IMG/VR virus record: IMGVR_UViG_3300011152_000015
Coordinates: 27,189 to 91,188 of that record
Direction: 5' to 3' (one strand)
DNA length: 64,000 nucleotides
From: a virus
Taxonomy: Duplodnaviria > Caudoviricetes
The position numbers were made by a program, and so were the translations under genes. The notes under the pieces were generated by a model that saw nothing but the letters and a program-made list of their open reading frames with translations, was not told the origin of the DNA and did no database searches. Positions 29,900 through 39,646 of the stretch are shown in pieces (position 1 is the first letter of the stretch; every line of letters starts with the position of its first letter).

Positions 29900-30088
29900 A
29901 TGATTACTACATCCAAAACAATAGGCGGCATTGCCCTTGAGCTAGCCTACAGCTCAGCAACAGCCGACATGACTCAGTTTATAGAGGAAGTAGCCAGTGA
30001 ATTGGATCAAAAAGGCTTTTCGTTATCAGAGTCAGAGCTCGTTAGCCTCTGCAACGAAGTTTGCCATCTTGCGATGGAGGCAGCGTAA
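29900..30088 (+). CDS. Hypothetical protein, opposite-strand insert in the tail region
   Basis: AACAATAAGAGAG leader; TAATG-coupled to the next ORF. Confidence 0.55.
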   Translation: MITTSKTIGGIALELAYSSATADMTQFIEEVASELDQKGFSLSESELVSLCNEVCHLAMEAA

Positions 30089-30426
30089 TGTTTGATCCAC
30101 GCACTGATTTGCCACTGAGCCCTAACGACACCAACTTTGAAGAGATGAGCTACAAACAGCTTATGGACAAGCTGAGCGCTGAATACATTCAAATTCGCAC
30201 GCCCGGCACGCCTGAAAACATCGCTTTTGAGCGCAAACAAATTGATGAGTTGGCGGACTTTATTGAGGCGAATCTGTTAGATGAACTGGCGGATCAGGGG
30301 TGTGTTGAGGGATTTAGGCTGCTTGCGATTGCCGGGCTGCGAAGGGATTTCAAAGGGCTTGAGCGCTACAATAACGGCGTGCGGCATGCGGCTTGTAGCC
30401 AGGTTTGGTACAAGTACAATCACTGA
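30088..30426 (+). CDS. Hypothetical protein
   Basis: GGAGG RBS; bidirectional hairpin at ~30438-30467. Confidence 0.6.
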   Translation: MFDPRTDLPLSPNDTNFEEMSYKQLMDKLSAEYIQIRTPGTPENIAFERKQIDELADFIEANLLDELADQGCVEGFRLLAIAGLRRDFKGLERYNNGVRHAACSQVWYKYNH

Positions 30427-30487
30427 TCAGCAGCGATAAAAAAACCGGCCACCTGGGCCGGCTTTTGTTTGCCATCAAAATGCTTTG

Positions 30488-31261
30488 TTAGGCAATTTCA
30501 ACGTGCTCTTCCTTAAAATACCTCGAAAGTCCGGTGCCTGTCACATGCCTTGCGAGCTGTAGAGTACCTTTGAGCTCCATCTCGCCAAAGTCGCTACCAA
30601 TCAACTGTCTTTGCGATAGGGGTGAAAGGCTAACGTTGTACATTGTCACTTTTACTGGAGTGTTTTCGTAAGCAAAGTTGCGACCGTCAAAAACAATGCA
30701 AAGTTCGACGTCCCCAGTAGTCAGCGCTTCGACTCGCTTAGTCGCAGACGTGGAATAAGTTACAGTGACCTCCGTGCCGTCCTCTATGCTAGTGGTTTCT
30801 GGAAAGTAGATATGGCCATCACTCACCATATAATCTTCACCTTCAACAAGCGCTAGGCCGTCCGCCTCAATTGACTCGACAGAGGCAATAACACCATCAG
30901 GCACTATCGATTTGCCCTTGTAAGCCAGATCCGTAAAGATTTTACCGGTTGCAGCAGCGTCTCTGACTACAGTGCCACTTGTGCCTCGCGCTACGTTTTC
31001 GGGGCTTAACGATTTTAGATTAAGAGTTACTTCGACAGTCGTCTTAACCGTTTTGGACATCACCACGCCCATAGTGCCTGACATCGTATCTTGCATCTCA
31101 ACTTTGTCGTTTGTGATCGAAAAAGACGCGCTGCTCAGCATGCCTAAGTTAGCAAATCCTCCGACAGGCTTTCCGGTAGTTTTCGAAACTAGGGATGCGA
31201 TAGCGGCACCATTCCCTACATAGCCGATTGTGTCCGTTGGGGAATTGAATCCAATTGCCAT
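30488..31261 (-). CDS. Major tail tube protein
   Basis: GYVGNG..LG, L.SLSPENVA, GEDY, DFGEMELKG; synteny. Confidence 0.8.
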   Translation of the reverse strand: MAIGFNSPTDTIGYVGNGAAIASLVSKTTGKPVGGFANLGMLSSASFSITNDKVEMQDTMSGTMGVVMSKTVKTTVEVTLNLKSLSPENVARGTSGTVVRDAAATGKIFTDLAYKGKSIVPDGVIASVESIEADGLALVEGEDYMVSDGHIYFPETTSIEDGTEVTVTYSTSATKRVEALTTGDVELCIVFDGRNFAYENTPVKVTMYNVSLSPLSQRQLIGSDFGEMELKGTLQLARHVTGTGLSRYFKEEHVEIA

Positions 31262-31311
31262 TGTTTTCACCTTTATTATTATTTTTGTTGGTGTTTTTTG
31301 TTTTGTTAGGA

Positions 31312-31752
31312 TCAGCCGAAGTAGATCCAGTGAGTCCATGCCAGTTGCCAGGCACTATGATTGTTGTTCGCCGATTCAAAGCCTGACAAAAGCTCTTCAA
31401 ATGAAACTATTTGCGGAAGATTTGGGTTTATTTTTGGATTGCCGCGATGCACTGCCAGGGCGTTAGAGATTTCGATACCCAGATCCATTGCGGCCCTGGA
31501 AACACCCTTAGTGTCCTGATCGGATCGACAGATGATAAATGCTCCAAATACCGCGTCACATACAAGCTTTGGCCCTTTACTAACTATTGGCCCACCACCG
31601 CACGCAAGCAAGACACTCGGCCTTCCGCCATCCAGAGTAATGTTTTTAAGCGTTTTGTCGGCTACGGTGCCAGAGAACAAGTCGACCTTCGGCTTTGATG
31701 GCAAAGATTCGATCAGGGTTTTGTAGTCTTCAAGGGTTTGTGTGATTGACAT
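31312..31752 (-). CDS. Putative tail terminator
   Basis: Size and position between neck genes and tail tube. Confidence 0.6.
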   Translation of the reverse strand: MSITQTLEDYKTLIESLPSKPKVDLFSGTVADKTLKNITLDGGRPSVLLACGGGPIVSKGPKLVCDAVFGAFIICRSDQDTKGVSRAAMDLGIEISNALAVHRGNPKINPNLPQIVSFEELLSGFESANNNHSAWQLAWTHWIYFG

Positions 31753-31769
31753 AAGTGTTTTTGTTTTAA

Positions 31770-32228
31770 TTATAACACTTGAGCAGTTGGGGTTATGGCT
31801 TTATCGATACTTTCGACAAGTATTTTTTGGTATTCGTCAAGCCAGGCTTTCGGGAGTCCCGATTTGTCTGGAAGAAACCGTCTTTGTTTTACGCTAATGC
31901 CATACTGATGGTTATCTGCATATATTAGGTTGCTTGCTAATTCCAGGTTTGTTCCTCGCACGTTATGTTTGACGCTATTCCGCAGCCGGCCTGTGTCAAG
32001 TAGGGGCTGGCCCTGCCTGTGAGTGATTGGGGCCCAGCGGTTGCCATAGGGGTCTACTCCGCGTTGAAAGCATTGTTTGATCTTTGCGACCCACCTGACC
32101 CCAATTGTGTTGAGGCCTTTACGGACGTGGGGGTTGTTCGGGCCGAGCTGGCGTACACGGCGGACGAGCTCTTCGAGGCCCCTGGTGTCGACCTGGAGCG
32201 TTATTGGCTGGCTTCCGCTTGTGATCAT
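31770..32228 (-). CDS. Virion morphogenesis protein (Mu gpG-like)
   Basis: DPYG.RWAP, LLDTGRLRNS, YA..HQYG, RRFLP. Confidence 0.85.
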   Translation of the reverse strand: MITSGSQPITLQVDTRGLEELVRRVRQLGPNNPHVRKGLNTIGVRWVAKIKQCFQRGVDPYGNRWAPITHRQGQPLLDTGRLRNSVKHNVRGTNLELASNLIYADNHQYGISVKQRRFLPDKSGLPKAWLDEYQKILVESIDKAITPTAQVL

Positions 32229-32590
32229 GAGCGAATGAGACGCACGTTGTGGAATCCGGACTTACGGGACTCCTGGGTCGACGTACGAAGGCGGTTGCGG
32301 CCACTAGCAAGGCCCTCCAGCCAACGGACAGCGTCTTCAAAACGCCTCCTCTGCTCATCTGTTGGGTTTTCATTCCACAAGTAGTATCGAGAGATGTCCA
32401 ACACGTGGCCTTTAATGTCTTCGATCGCTTCCTGGTCAATCAGTGGTGAGCTGAGGCCACCGGCTCTGATGTAGCTGTCAGCCAGCCGCGATGCCTTCTC
32501 GATTGCCCTGATGATTCTGGCTTCACCGTCATCATTAGGGATCTGATCGTTTTTGAATTCTTGGGTGTATTGCTCGTAGGTTGAGTACAT
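32225..32590 (-). CDS. Head-tail adaptor (DUF1320/Mu gp36-like)
   Basis: AI..AS..ADSY, DISRY.L, R.EDAVRWL..LASG. Confidence 0.85.
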   Translation of the reverse strand: MYSTYEQYTQEFKNDQIPNDDGEARIIRAIEKASRLADSYIRAGGLSSPLIDQEAIEDIKGHVLDISRYYLWNENPTDEQRRRFEDAVRWLEGLASGRNRLRTSTQESRKSGFHNVRLIRS

Positions 32591-32721
32591 AGTTTTTCTT
32601 AACCAATCTTCTTATTGTTATGTCTCCCCTCCAGGATCTTTACCCTCAACGGTCATTTCCTTTTTAAAAGAGAAAGATACCGTTGCGGGTGGAAAGCCAA
32701 AAATCTTTGGTTAAGAGAAAC
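32591..32721. repeat. Nested-palindrome element, copy A
   Basis: Outer CTTAACCAA/TTGGTTAAG and inner ACCCTCAACGGT/ACCGTTGCGGGT arms; homologous to 59342-59499 in inverted orientation. Confidence 0.75.
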
Positions 32722-32726
32722 GCTTT

Positions 32727-33671
32727 TTAGGAAAGTGATAAACCTTGCAACTGACTCAGTGGGATTACGTGAGTCGAGTCTTGATCAACGAATCCGTCCA
32801 GTGGCATCCCCTTTTTCCACATCCTGTGTCTAGTCGCACCTAAAATCTTTATCTGATCGTCTTCATCAAGCGATTTCAGATGCTCGTCGAAACTGTCAGG
32901 CACTGGATCATCGTCGTCAAAAATCGCGATCATTGTGGTACGGCATCCTGGATGGAACGGAGGCACTTTCTTTTTCGGGTCGCTGACCTTGAATTTCTTT
33001 CCGTTCTGGGATGCACAAGTCAGTGTTGTTCGCGTGTCCAAGATCGCACTGAGTTGGTACATCTCGACGCCGGCCTCCTGAAACCCCAGCAGATCTGCAT
33101 TGGCTGTCACATGAGCCGCAGCCGTCCGCACCAATATCTCGATATTTCTACGCGAGGCATTAAACGGATTGACCGGATCTGACACCACAGCATCAACGAT
33201 TTTGCTCACAGGCAGCCCGTTAACCACTCCTAACCGCACCGCCCTCTTAACAGCATTCTGCGTGGCCAAGCTCTGCTCGCTGACCCACTCCCGGAGCAAT
33301 TTGCCATCAAAGGGATCACTTTCAATAAAAGACCGGATGAAGTCCTCGGACGTCTGCGCACCACCCAGATCAACCTCAAGCGCATCCCCCACCCAATCGG
33401 CCTCAGCTTTGTACAGCTGCTCAAGCTCGTCGACGAGATCGCGCTCCATTGCGCTGTACTGATCGCTGATTGCTCGATCGATCTTGTCGAGCTTTCTCCT
33501 TAGCTTGTACACACTCAGGATCGCACCGCGCTTTACGTCCGCCTGTAGCTCTTCGGCTACCTGAGTCTTCAGTTGCTGCAACTGTGCTACAGCCCCACGG
33601 GCAATTCGGGTGTACTGCCCCCGCAACTGGATCTGCCTGCCGATCGCCTTCTTTGCAGTGAGCTTTGCCAT
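32727..33671 (-). CDS. Head morphogenesis / minor head protein (SPP1 gp7, Mu gpF family)
   Basis: LVRTA, AILDTRTTLTC, PPFHPGCRT. Confidence 0.9.
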   Translation of the reverse strand: MAKLTAKKAIGRQIQLRGQYTRIARGAVAQLQQLKTQVAEELQADVKRGAILSVYKLRRKLDKIDRAISDQYSAMERDLVDELEQLYKAEADWVGDALEVDLGGAQTSEDFIRSFIESDPFDGKLLREWVSEQSLATQNAVKRAVRLGVVNGLPVSKIVDAVVSDPVNPFNASRRNIEILVRTAAAHVTANADLLGFQEAGVEMYQLSAILDTRTTLTCASQNGKKFKVSDPKKKVPPFHPGCRTTMIAIFDDDDPVPDSFDEHLKSLDEDDQIKILGATRHRMWKKGMPLDGFVDQDSTHVIPLSQLQGLSLS

Positions 33672-34162
33672 CAGGCTACCCAGAGCTCAGCTTCAGCCCG
33701 GCGTCTCTTTACAAGCCCCGGAAGCTTCACACCCTTGGCGTAGACCCACCTCATGAGCTGCCCAGGCACAGCCCCAAAATCACCCCGGTTAATCACTCGC
33801 CTAAGCGTCGAAACCTCGAAATTCCCGGCGCCACAGTTGTAAACAAAGTCGATCAGCGCAGCCAGCTGATTGGCATTGAGCTTGATCTTTACTAGCCTCA
33901 AAACCGCATTTGCAGCCTTCATCAGATCAGCCCTAAGCAACGCTTCCGCACGCTCCATACTGATAGCTGGAAACTGACTCAGCGGAGCCCAAGCTTTGCG
34001 CGACAGCAAGTGCCCATACCCAATTGTTGGAAGGCCAACAGGATCGTGGTAAGGCTCGATCTCCGGTGTACGGCGATCCGGGTCATGCAACCCGTCGAAC
34101 TCCGGACGACTGACCAGCTTGGCCGCGATCTCAATCGCTTGCTCTAGCACAGACCTAGTCAT
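33671..34162 (-). CDS. Endolysin, GH24 lysozyme
   Basis: YHDPVGLPTIGYGH, QLAALIDFVYN.G.G.F..STL, GLVKRR.AE. Confidence 0.92.
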   Translation of the reverse strand: MTRSVLEQAIEIAAKLVSRPEFDGLHDPDRRTPEIEPYHDPVGLPTIGYGHLLSRKAWAPLSQFPAISMERAEALLRADLMKAANAVLRLVKIKLNANQLAALIDFVYNCGAGNFEVSTLRRVINRGDFGAVPGQLMRWVYAKGVKLPGLVKRRRAEAELWVA

Positions 34163-34687
34163 TTACTTGGCCTGCAGATGACGCTGGAGTACTCGACCAC
34201 CGAACCAAAAGCTGATGACGGCAGCGAGCATGGCCTCATCAAATTCAGTCCAACTGCCCTTTAACGCCTCGAACCCCGTAAGCCCAGCAGCCTCCAACGC
34301 ATGAAAAACGGCAACCTTGTAGCCCATGTAAAACACGACCAAGGCATAGGTAATCAGCGGTCGGCACATCCGGATAACAAAGTCGACATGCACTCCCACC
34401 AGCGCCACGTACGCCTTTACCCACCCAGGCAAACTCCCACCACCGACCGACGTAATTAGCTTGTCCGCGTAACTCTCTTCCGGACGATGTACTGCGATCG
34501 CTTCCTCTATATCAGCGCGAGCATTAATTTCTTCCAACCGCCACATATGCTCAGAAGCAGCAGATTCCATTCGCAGTTTCATTAATTCCATTTCTTGCTT
34601 GTGGTCTTGCTTGGCTTGAAATAGATCAAAGACTTTGGGAACAAACGGCCCCAAAAACCCGAAAAAAGCACTTATCATCGCGATCAT
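34163..34687 (-). CDS. Holin-like membrane protein
   Basis: Hydrophobic segments, RPLITY, FWFGGR; adjacent to the lysozyme. Confidence 0.65.
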   Translation of the reverse strand: MIAMISAFFGFLGPFVPKVFDLFQAKQDHKQEMELMKLRMESAASEHMWRLEEINARADIEEAIAVHRPEESYADKLITSVGGGSLPGWVKAYVALVGVHVDFVIRMCRPLITYALVVFYMGYKVAVFHALEAAGLTGFEALKGSWTEFDEAMLAAVISFWFGGRVLQRHLQAK

Positions 34688-34959
34688 TTGGACACCCCTT
34701 TTACAATCAAGGCATCGATGCGCGAGCTGATTCTATCGAGCTTTTCCTCAATGCGGATCGTGCTTTCTTTTCTTTCAATTTGATACGACTGAATCTGAGC
34801 TGAAACAATATCAACACGCTGATCAAGTAGCTCAATCTTCTTGTCTAAACCCGAATAAGCCCAAACGCCACTTACTACTAGCGACAGTAGTGGTATGACT
34901 GCGTATAGGGAAATAACGAGGCTGCTGGCGTTAGTGGGCGCCGGAGGGGTTGCTGACAT
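34684..34959 (-). CDS. Single-TM coiled-coil lysis-cassette protein
   Basis: One hydrophobic helix plus heptads. Confidence 0.55.
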   Translation of the reverse strand: MSATPPAPTNASSLVISLYAVIPLLSLVVSGVWAYSGLDKKIELLDQRVDIVSAQIQSYQIERKESTIRIEEKLDRISSRIDALIVKGVSK

Positions 34960-35064
34960 TATTGTTCTTCTTATTATTGTTATTGTCAGAAGGGCTCTAT
35001 GGCCAATGACTTATTATAACATGCGTTACTTTTGCAATGTGGCGAGTACATGCATAAAGTTTAT

Positions 35065-35448
35065 TTACCAGGGCTTTTGCGGCCAAATAACCAATGCTGG
35101 ATCTGCTGCAAGCGTAATGTCTCGAAGGGCTTGGCGGTATTCTGCAATAGCCCTCAAGCGCGCTGGATCTGCTGTCGTTTGGGTGATCCGAGCCTCGTCA
35201 TAGACAATGTTTAGAGCATAGTCAGCGTCGATTAGCAGCTCATCGCGGCGGGCTCTGATCATCTCCCAAGCTGCCGCTCTGTCTTGTTCCCAAACCAGCT
35301 CGCCGGCTACGACACGCGGGACAAGGCCCAGGTTGAGCTGTTCCAGGTAGTCTTGGAGGTCTGGGATTTCAAGGCTTGGGAGGTTGGCCAGGCCAGATGT
35401 AGTGAGCGCGGTTACGTATCCAGTGCTCTCGTTGTATGAGATTCTCAT
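35065..35448 (-). CDS. Fibre assembly chaperone
   Basis: IRARRDELL..AD, YRQALRDIT, WP.KP. Confidence 0.8.
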   Translation of the reverse strand: MRISYNESTGYVTALTTSGLANLPSLEIPDLQDYLEQLNLGLVPRVVAGELVWEQDRAAAWEMIRARRDELLIDADYALNIVYDEARITQTTADPARLRAIAEYRQALRDITLAADPALVIWPQKPW

Positions 35449-36695
35449 GTCTTAATGTACGCCTTTAAGCCAGCGACCCCGCTGTTGATTTTAGGAGTGC
35501 GGAAGACGATGTCGCTCGGAAAATTCATGGCGTTGTTTTGTATTGCGCCTGATTGCCCGTTTACTGACCCTGCTGTTCCAGCGCCGCCGCATATCACTAG
35601 CTCACCAGCAGTGTGGTCGTAGTCAACACCGCGATAGCTCGACATCTCTGGAACATTTTCCCATGTAGCTCCGCCATCAAAACTCATAGCAGGACGACTG
35701 CCGTTTAAAACAACAAAGCTTGAACCGTGCGCAACCCCAGTGTAAAAGCCGGAGGGAAAAACTATGCTAACAAACGTGTCGTCCTCAGCGTTTAATCTGT
35801 ACTCAAGATTCCCACTACCGAAAAACAAATAGTTAGATTTTCCGCCAACCAATCGCACAAGCGCACCCTCTACAACAAGCTCAGAAACTACAGAGTTGGC
35901 ACTAAGCGTCAGTTTGTGCAGTCCCCGGACTCCGTCAATCGTCCCCACAAAATAGGTATTTCCGTTTTCGGCCTGCACAGCCCAAGCAGCCGTATTTCCC
36001 TGCGCGTCCAATGCTCCGATCGAGACGCCCTGATTTACTGACGTTGTGTCGTACTTAATCAATAAAACCCCTGTCGATGTTTTAACAAATACAACATCGA
36101 CGACTGGACTGATCGAGATCGCACCCAAAACATCAACCAGACCGCTTGCAGTCCAAATGGCAGTTGCTAATCCCTGATGATCGACAAAATATACCGACTC
36201 CGACCCTGTGGACTTGCGCTCTTTAAAGTAAATGCCGCGTTCGGTTTTAAATACAGATGTGTTGATAGTGCTGTAATAGCTGATTGAGGAGCTCAGCACG
36301 TTGTCGACGTAAATACGCATGTAGCCAGATTCACTTGCGACTTTAACCCGCCCCAACTGCTTAATGTTGTAGGTAAGAGTCGAGCCGAACCGAGTCCCGC
36401 TATTGGCGTTTATGGAGATCGGAGTGGTACCAAAAGCCCCGATATTAAGCTTGCCTGCCAACACAGGGAAATCAGCCGTGGGCCTTAGCTTTCCATCACA
36501 CTCCAAAGCATCCGGGTACGACCAGTTTGGCCGCAAAACGATATCCCCAACTTGCAGGCCCTCGCCAGTCGTGATCAGGCCAGCGAACTCACTCAGGGTC
36601 AGTGCCTGTGAGCTTCCTGGCTTGTGCACGTGCATCCGCATCGAGGGGTCACCGCCCCAGCTGGGCAGATCAGAAATTGTCTTCTTGGAACTCAT
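35445..36695 (-). CDS. Fibre/receptor-binding protein with a split collar domain
   Basis: GDIV...ALECDG...FPVLA at the N-terminus; FRTP..YIK at the C-terminus; SFDGGATW in a beta-rich middle. Confidence 0.7.
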   Translation of the reverse strand: MSSKKTISDLPSWGGDPSMRMHVHKPGSSQALTLSEFAGLITTGEGLQVGDIVLRPNWSYPDALECDGKLRPTADFPVLAGKLNIGAFGTTPISINANSGTRFGSTLTYNIKQLGRVKVASESGYMRIYVDNVLSSSISYYSTINTSVFKTERGIYFKERKSTGSESVYFVDHQGLATAIWTASGLVDVLGAISISPVVDVVFVKTSTGVLLIKYDTTSVNQGVSIGALDAQGNTAAWAVQAENGNTYFVGTIDGVRGLHKLTLSANSVVSELVVEGALVRLVGGKSNYLFFGSGNLEYRLNAEDDTFVSIVFPSGFYTGVAHGSSFVVLNGSRPAMSFDGGATWENVPEMSSYRGVDYDHTAGELVICGGAGTAGSVNGQSGAIQNNAMNFPSDIVFRTPKINSGVAGLKAYIKT

Positions 36696-36852
36696 AACTC
36701 AGTAACTCAAGTTCGTCAGTATGCTCGCCAGTGAACGACCCTGGAGTCATTTCAAACAGGACGGCATCGACAGGAATTGATTCAAATAGGTGTGCTTGCT
36801 TCGGCGCCAAGCGCAGGCCGAATAGCGCTGCAGGGCCGACGTTTTTGATCAT
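36670..36852 (-). CDS. Hypothetical protein
   Basis: Coupled ORF within the operon. Confidence 0.4.
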   Translation of the reverse strand: MIKNVGPAALFGLRLAPKQAHLFESIPVDAVLFEMTPGSFTGEHTDELELLSYEFQEDNF

Positions 36853-37172
36853 TTGACTGCATGCACCCAGCAGCGCGCCGGCTCTTCCCCATCCATCAGG
36901 CGTACCTGCAGGACAGAACCACGATCCACGGCGATAAAGGAACCACCGCGAGCATCAATAGGCGCTGACTGATCAGTAACGGTACTGCCAGCGGATACAT
37001 GGATGATCGACTTGCAGAACAGGTAAGCAGCCTCGGATTCACAAGGCAGGGTCACCAAAACCTCTACGCCCGTCAGTTCCTGGACTCCAAGCAGCTCCGC
37101 AGGCGCAACGATCGGCAGCGGCTCTCTCTCACGCGTCTGCGCAGTAAACAGGCCAGGTCGTCTACTCATCAC
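36849..37172 (-). CDS. Hypothetical protein
   Basis: Overlaps both neighbours. Confidence 0.55.
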   Translation of the reverse strand: MMSRRPGLFTAQTREREPLPIVAPAELLGVQELTGVEVLVTLPCESEAAYLFCKSIIHVSAGSTVTDQSAPIDARGGSFIAVDRGSVLQVRLMDGEEPARCWVHAVK

Positions 37173-37413
37173 CAGTCACCCCAGCGTCAGCGGCTACAGC
37201 AGGCTTACGACCACGGCGCTTCGGCTTCACCTCACTCGTATCAACCACTTCAACAGCCAAAGCCACGGCAGGAGGTTGATCAGGAGAAGGAATCGAAGAG
37301 CCAGGCGCCGCATACCCCAGCCCCACCCAATGCGCCTCAGCACGGCTACCAGCGTCGACAAAGACCTGGTGATCACCCAGCTGCAGGCAATATGTGGCTA
37401 ATTCGCGCTTCAT
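37162..37413 (-). CDS. Hypothetical protein
   Basis: First ORF after the capsid terminator; KPKRRGRKP tail. Confidence 0.55.
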   Translation of the reverse strand: MKRELATYCLQLGDHQVFVDAGSRAEAHWVGLGYAAPGSSIPSPDQPPAVALAVEVVDTSEVKPKRRGRKPAVAADAGVTGDE

Positions 37414-37507
37414 ATTTTTGTTCTCAAAGCCTTTATGCGTTCCACGTGGAACATATTATGGCAAATATTCGTTGGCGTAGAAAAAGGGCCCCGGAGGGCC
37501 CAGTCTC

Positions 37508-38671
37508 TTAGTGTCCGCCGAGGCGCAGGGCGCGTTCCGGACTCACGGTTTTTAGGCCGCACAGGGTCTCGAACTTCCACTGAGTGGACTCGGTGCGCGG
37601 CTCGTACCAACGGAGCATGCGGAGCGAGATACCGGTGCGCGGATCAGACATCTGTGCGATGTTCACGCCAGCCGCGTCTTCAGGCACTTCAAGGTTGCGG
37701 AACGCGATGAGGAACGCGGATTTGGTAAAGGCCAGGTCGATCGGGTGATCGCCAAGGACGGTTACGGCGGAACCAGCGGCAATGCCTTCCAGGACTGCTG
37801 GGTATACCGGTACTGCAGCGCCAGAGGTGTCAGCGGTGACTACAAAAGTCTGGTGGCTACCAGCAACAGTCAGGACATCGCCTTTGACAAACGTAGCGGC
37901 ACCAACGCCGTCCAGGGTCAGTACTGTTGCGCCCACGGAGGCCGGAGCTGCCATGGTGATCCCGGCGTTGGCCGAAGCGGTGCCAGCAACGTGGTACGGA
38001 GCCTGAACGTCCGAGTACAGATCAAAACCGTATTTGCGACCGATCAGTCCCTGGCTGACAACACTGGCATCGCCGCTCTCGTTGATCTTTGAGAACTCCA
38101 GGAGCAGATCAGCTTCGGTGTCCGAGGTCAGGACGATGCTGCGACCGTTGAGGATTTTGCGGTTCTGCATTTCCTTACGCGCAGCGATCAAATCCGACTT
38201 GTCACGGCCAGCGGTCGAAGCAGGGTTGCCCGAAATGTACGGAATGTCCTTGTACAGATTAAACAGGTTTTTGTTGATGGTGCGCGCCAAGGCATCAACA
38301 GCAGCTTCCGCAGCAGATGGAAGGGTCAGGGAGTTTGCGTGAGACAGGAACTCGGCGTCTTTCATCGCAAACTGCTTGTACAGATGGCGATCCAGTTTCA
38401 CGTCGATTTTGCCGGCAGTGATGTCTTCCGATTGCGAGCCAGCAGAGTCGGTCGGATGATCGTCGGCGTCAGAGAACTCGATCGGCTTAGCGATTCGGAT
38501 CGTGTCACCGTGGTTTTTCGACTCGTCTGCGGTGTTGATGCTGACTAGGTTCGGCATGGTCAGCTGACCAAACAAACGGTCGACGGCGAGAGGCAGAATA
38601 ACCTCAGTCATCAGGGCTTCGGTGTCATTGCCGTGGCGCACGAGGGCCAGGAGCGGGAGCATTGCAGTCAT
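37508..38671 (-). CDS. Major capsid protein (P22 coat-like, HK97 fold)
   Basis: GDTIRI.KP, IGRKYGFDLY, FVKGDVLTVAG insertion domain, GISLR, host-like codon bias. Confidence 0.9.
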   Translation of the reverse strand: MTAMLPLLALVRHGNDTEALMTEVILPLAVDRLFGQLTMPNLVSINTADESKNHGDTIRIAKPIEFSDADDHPTDSAGSQSEDITAGKIDVKLDRHLYKQFAMKDAEFLSHANSLTLPSAAEAAVDALARTINKNLFNLYKDIPYISGNPASTAGRDKSDLIAARKEMQNRKILNGRSIVLTSDTEADLLLEFSKINESGDASVVSQGLIGRKYGFDLYSDVQAPYHVAGTASANAGITMAAPASVGATVLTLDGVGAATFVKGDVLTVAGSHQTFVVTADTSGAAVPVYPAVLEGIAAGSAVTVLGDHPIDLAFTKSAFLIAFRNLEVPEDAAGVNIAQMSDPRTGISLRMLRWYEPRTESTQWKFETLCGLKTVSPERALRLGGH

Positions 38672-38789
38672 TTTTTCACCTGTTCTTTTTGTTTTTATTG
38701 GTGATGGATATGGAGGTTTGACGCGGCATCAGCCCACGAGGCTAGATGTTTCCGGCACAACCGGAGGGGCCCGAAAGCCCCGAATTGAA

Positions 38790-39560
38790 TCAGTTAATCA
38801 CGATCTCGCCTGATGCTCTTTTTGCGAGCAAGGCTTTCTTTTCGTCCGGGCTAGCAGTTAGCAGAGTACGTTGCCACTCAGCTGTACTCACTGTCTTGCC
38901 TGCGCCATTGACGCCGCGCGATCCAGAGCCTGGCATTTGCTTGAAGTAGTGCGGTTTCGTTGCGGTGAGCCCAGAGATCCACTCATCCGGGGTCAGGGGC
39001 CTGCCGTTCTTACCAATGGCAATGTTCCCGCTTGAGTCGCGTGCTACGAGCTCTCCGGCGTCATTGAGCTGCCAAGTGTTGCCTGCAACGGACATCAGAT
39101 CATCAAGAGCCGAGGGGTGAAAGAACTCATTTTTGAGCGCCACTTGGCCAATTGATTGCTTGATCTGAAACTGCTTGAGCTTAAGTCTTTCGCCATCAAC
39201 AGCCTTTCGCAGATCTTCTTTTTCAGCTTGCTCTGCTGCCAGTTTTTCCTGCCATGTAGAGCTGTTTGCGTTGATGCGCTTGTCGAGCAAAGATTGGAGG
39301 TCGAGCTTGCCAGCCTTTAGGGCTTCGAGGTCATCCTTTTCTTGGATGCCTGACTCAAAAGCTTTCATGCGCTCGGCTAGAGTTTTCTTTTCGTTTAAAA
39401 GCTCAGCGTTTTTGTTCTTGAGCGGAGCTACTTCCTTTTCGACGTGAGATTTGAGGAAGTCGAGAAACGCAGGGTTCTCAGCAAGAGTGTTGAAGTCCAA
39501 AGGTGGAACTTCTTCTTCACCGAAACGAATGAGGCTTACGAGCTTTAGTCGCTGAAACAT
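38790..39560 (-). CDS. Capsid scaffolding protein
   Basis: LKNKNAELLNEKK coiled coil, PHYFK...GSGS; directly upstream of the capsid gene. Confidence 0.8.
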   Translation of the reverse strand: MFQRLKLVSLIRFGEEEVPPLDFNTLAENPAFLDFLKSHVEKEVAPLKNKNAELLNEKKTLAERMKAFESGIQEKDDLEALKAGKLDLQSLLDKRINANSSTWQEKLAAEQAEKEDLRKAVDGERLKLKQFQIKQSIGQVALKNEFFHPSALDDLMSVAGNTWQLNDAGELVARDSSGNIAIGKNGRPLTPDEWISGLTATKPHYFKQMPGSGSRGVNGAGKTVSTAEWQRTLLTASPDEKKALLAKRASGEIVIN

Positions 39561-39646
39561 TAAGTCCCCCAAGGACGTGTTTTCTTATTGTTATGTCCCA
39601 TTATAACAACGGCAAAACACAAAGGGGGAGTAAATGCAAATTTATT

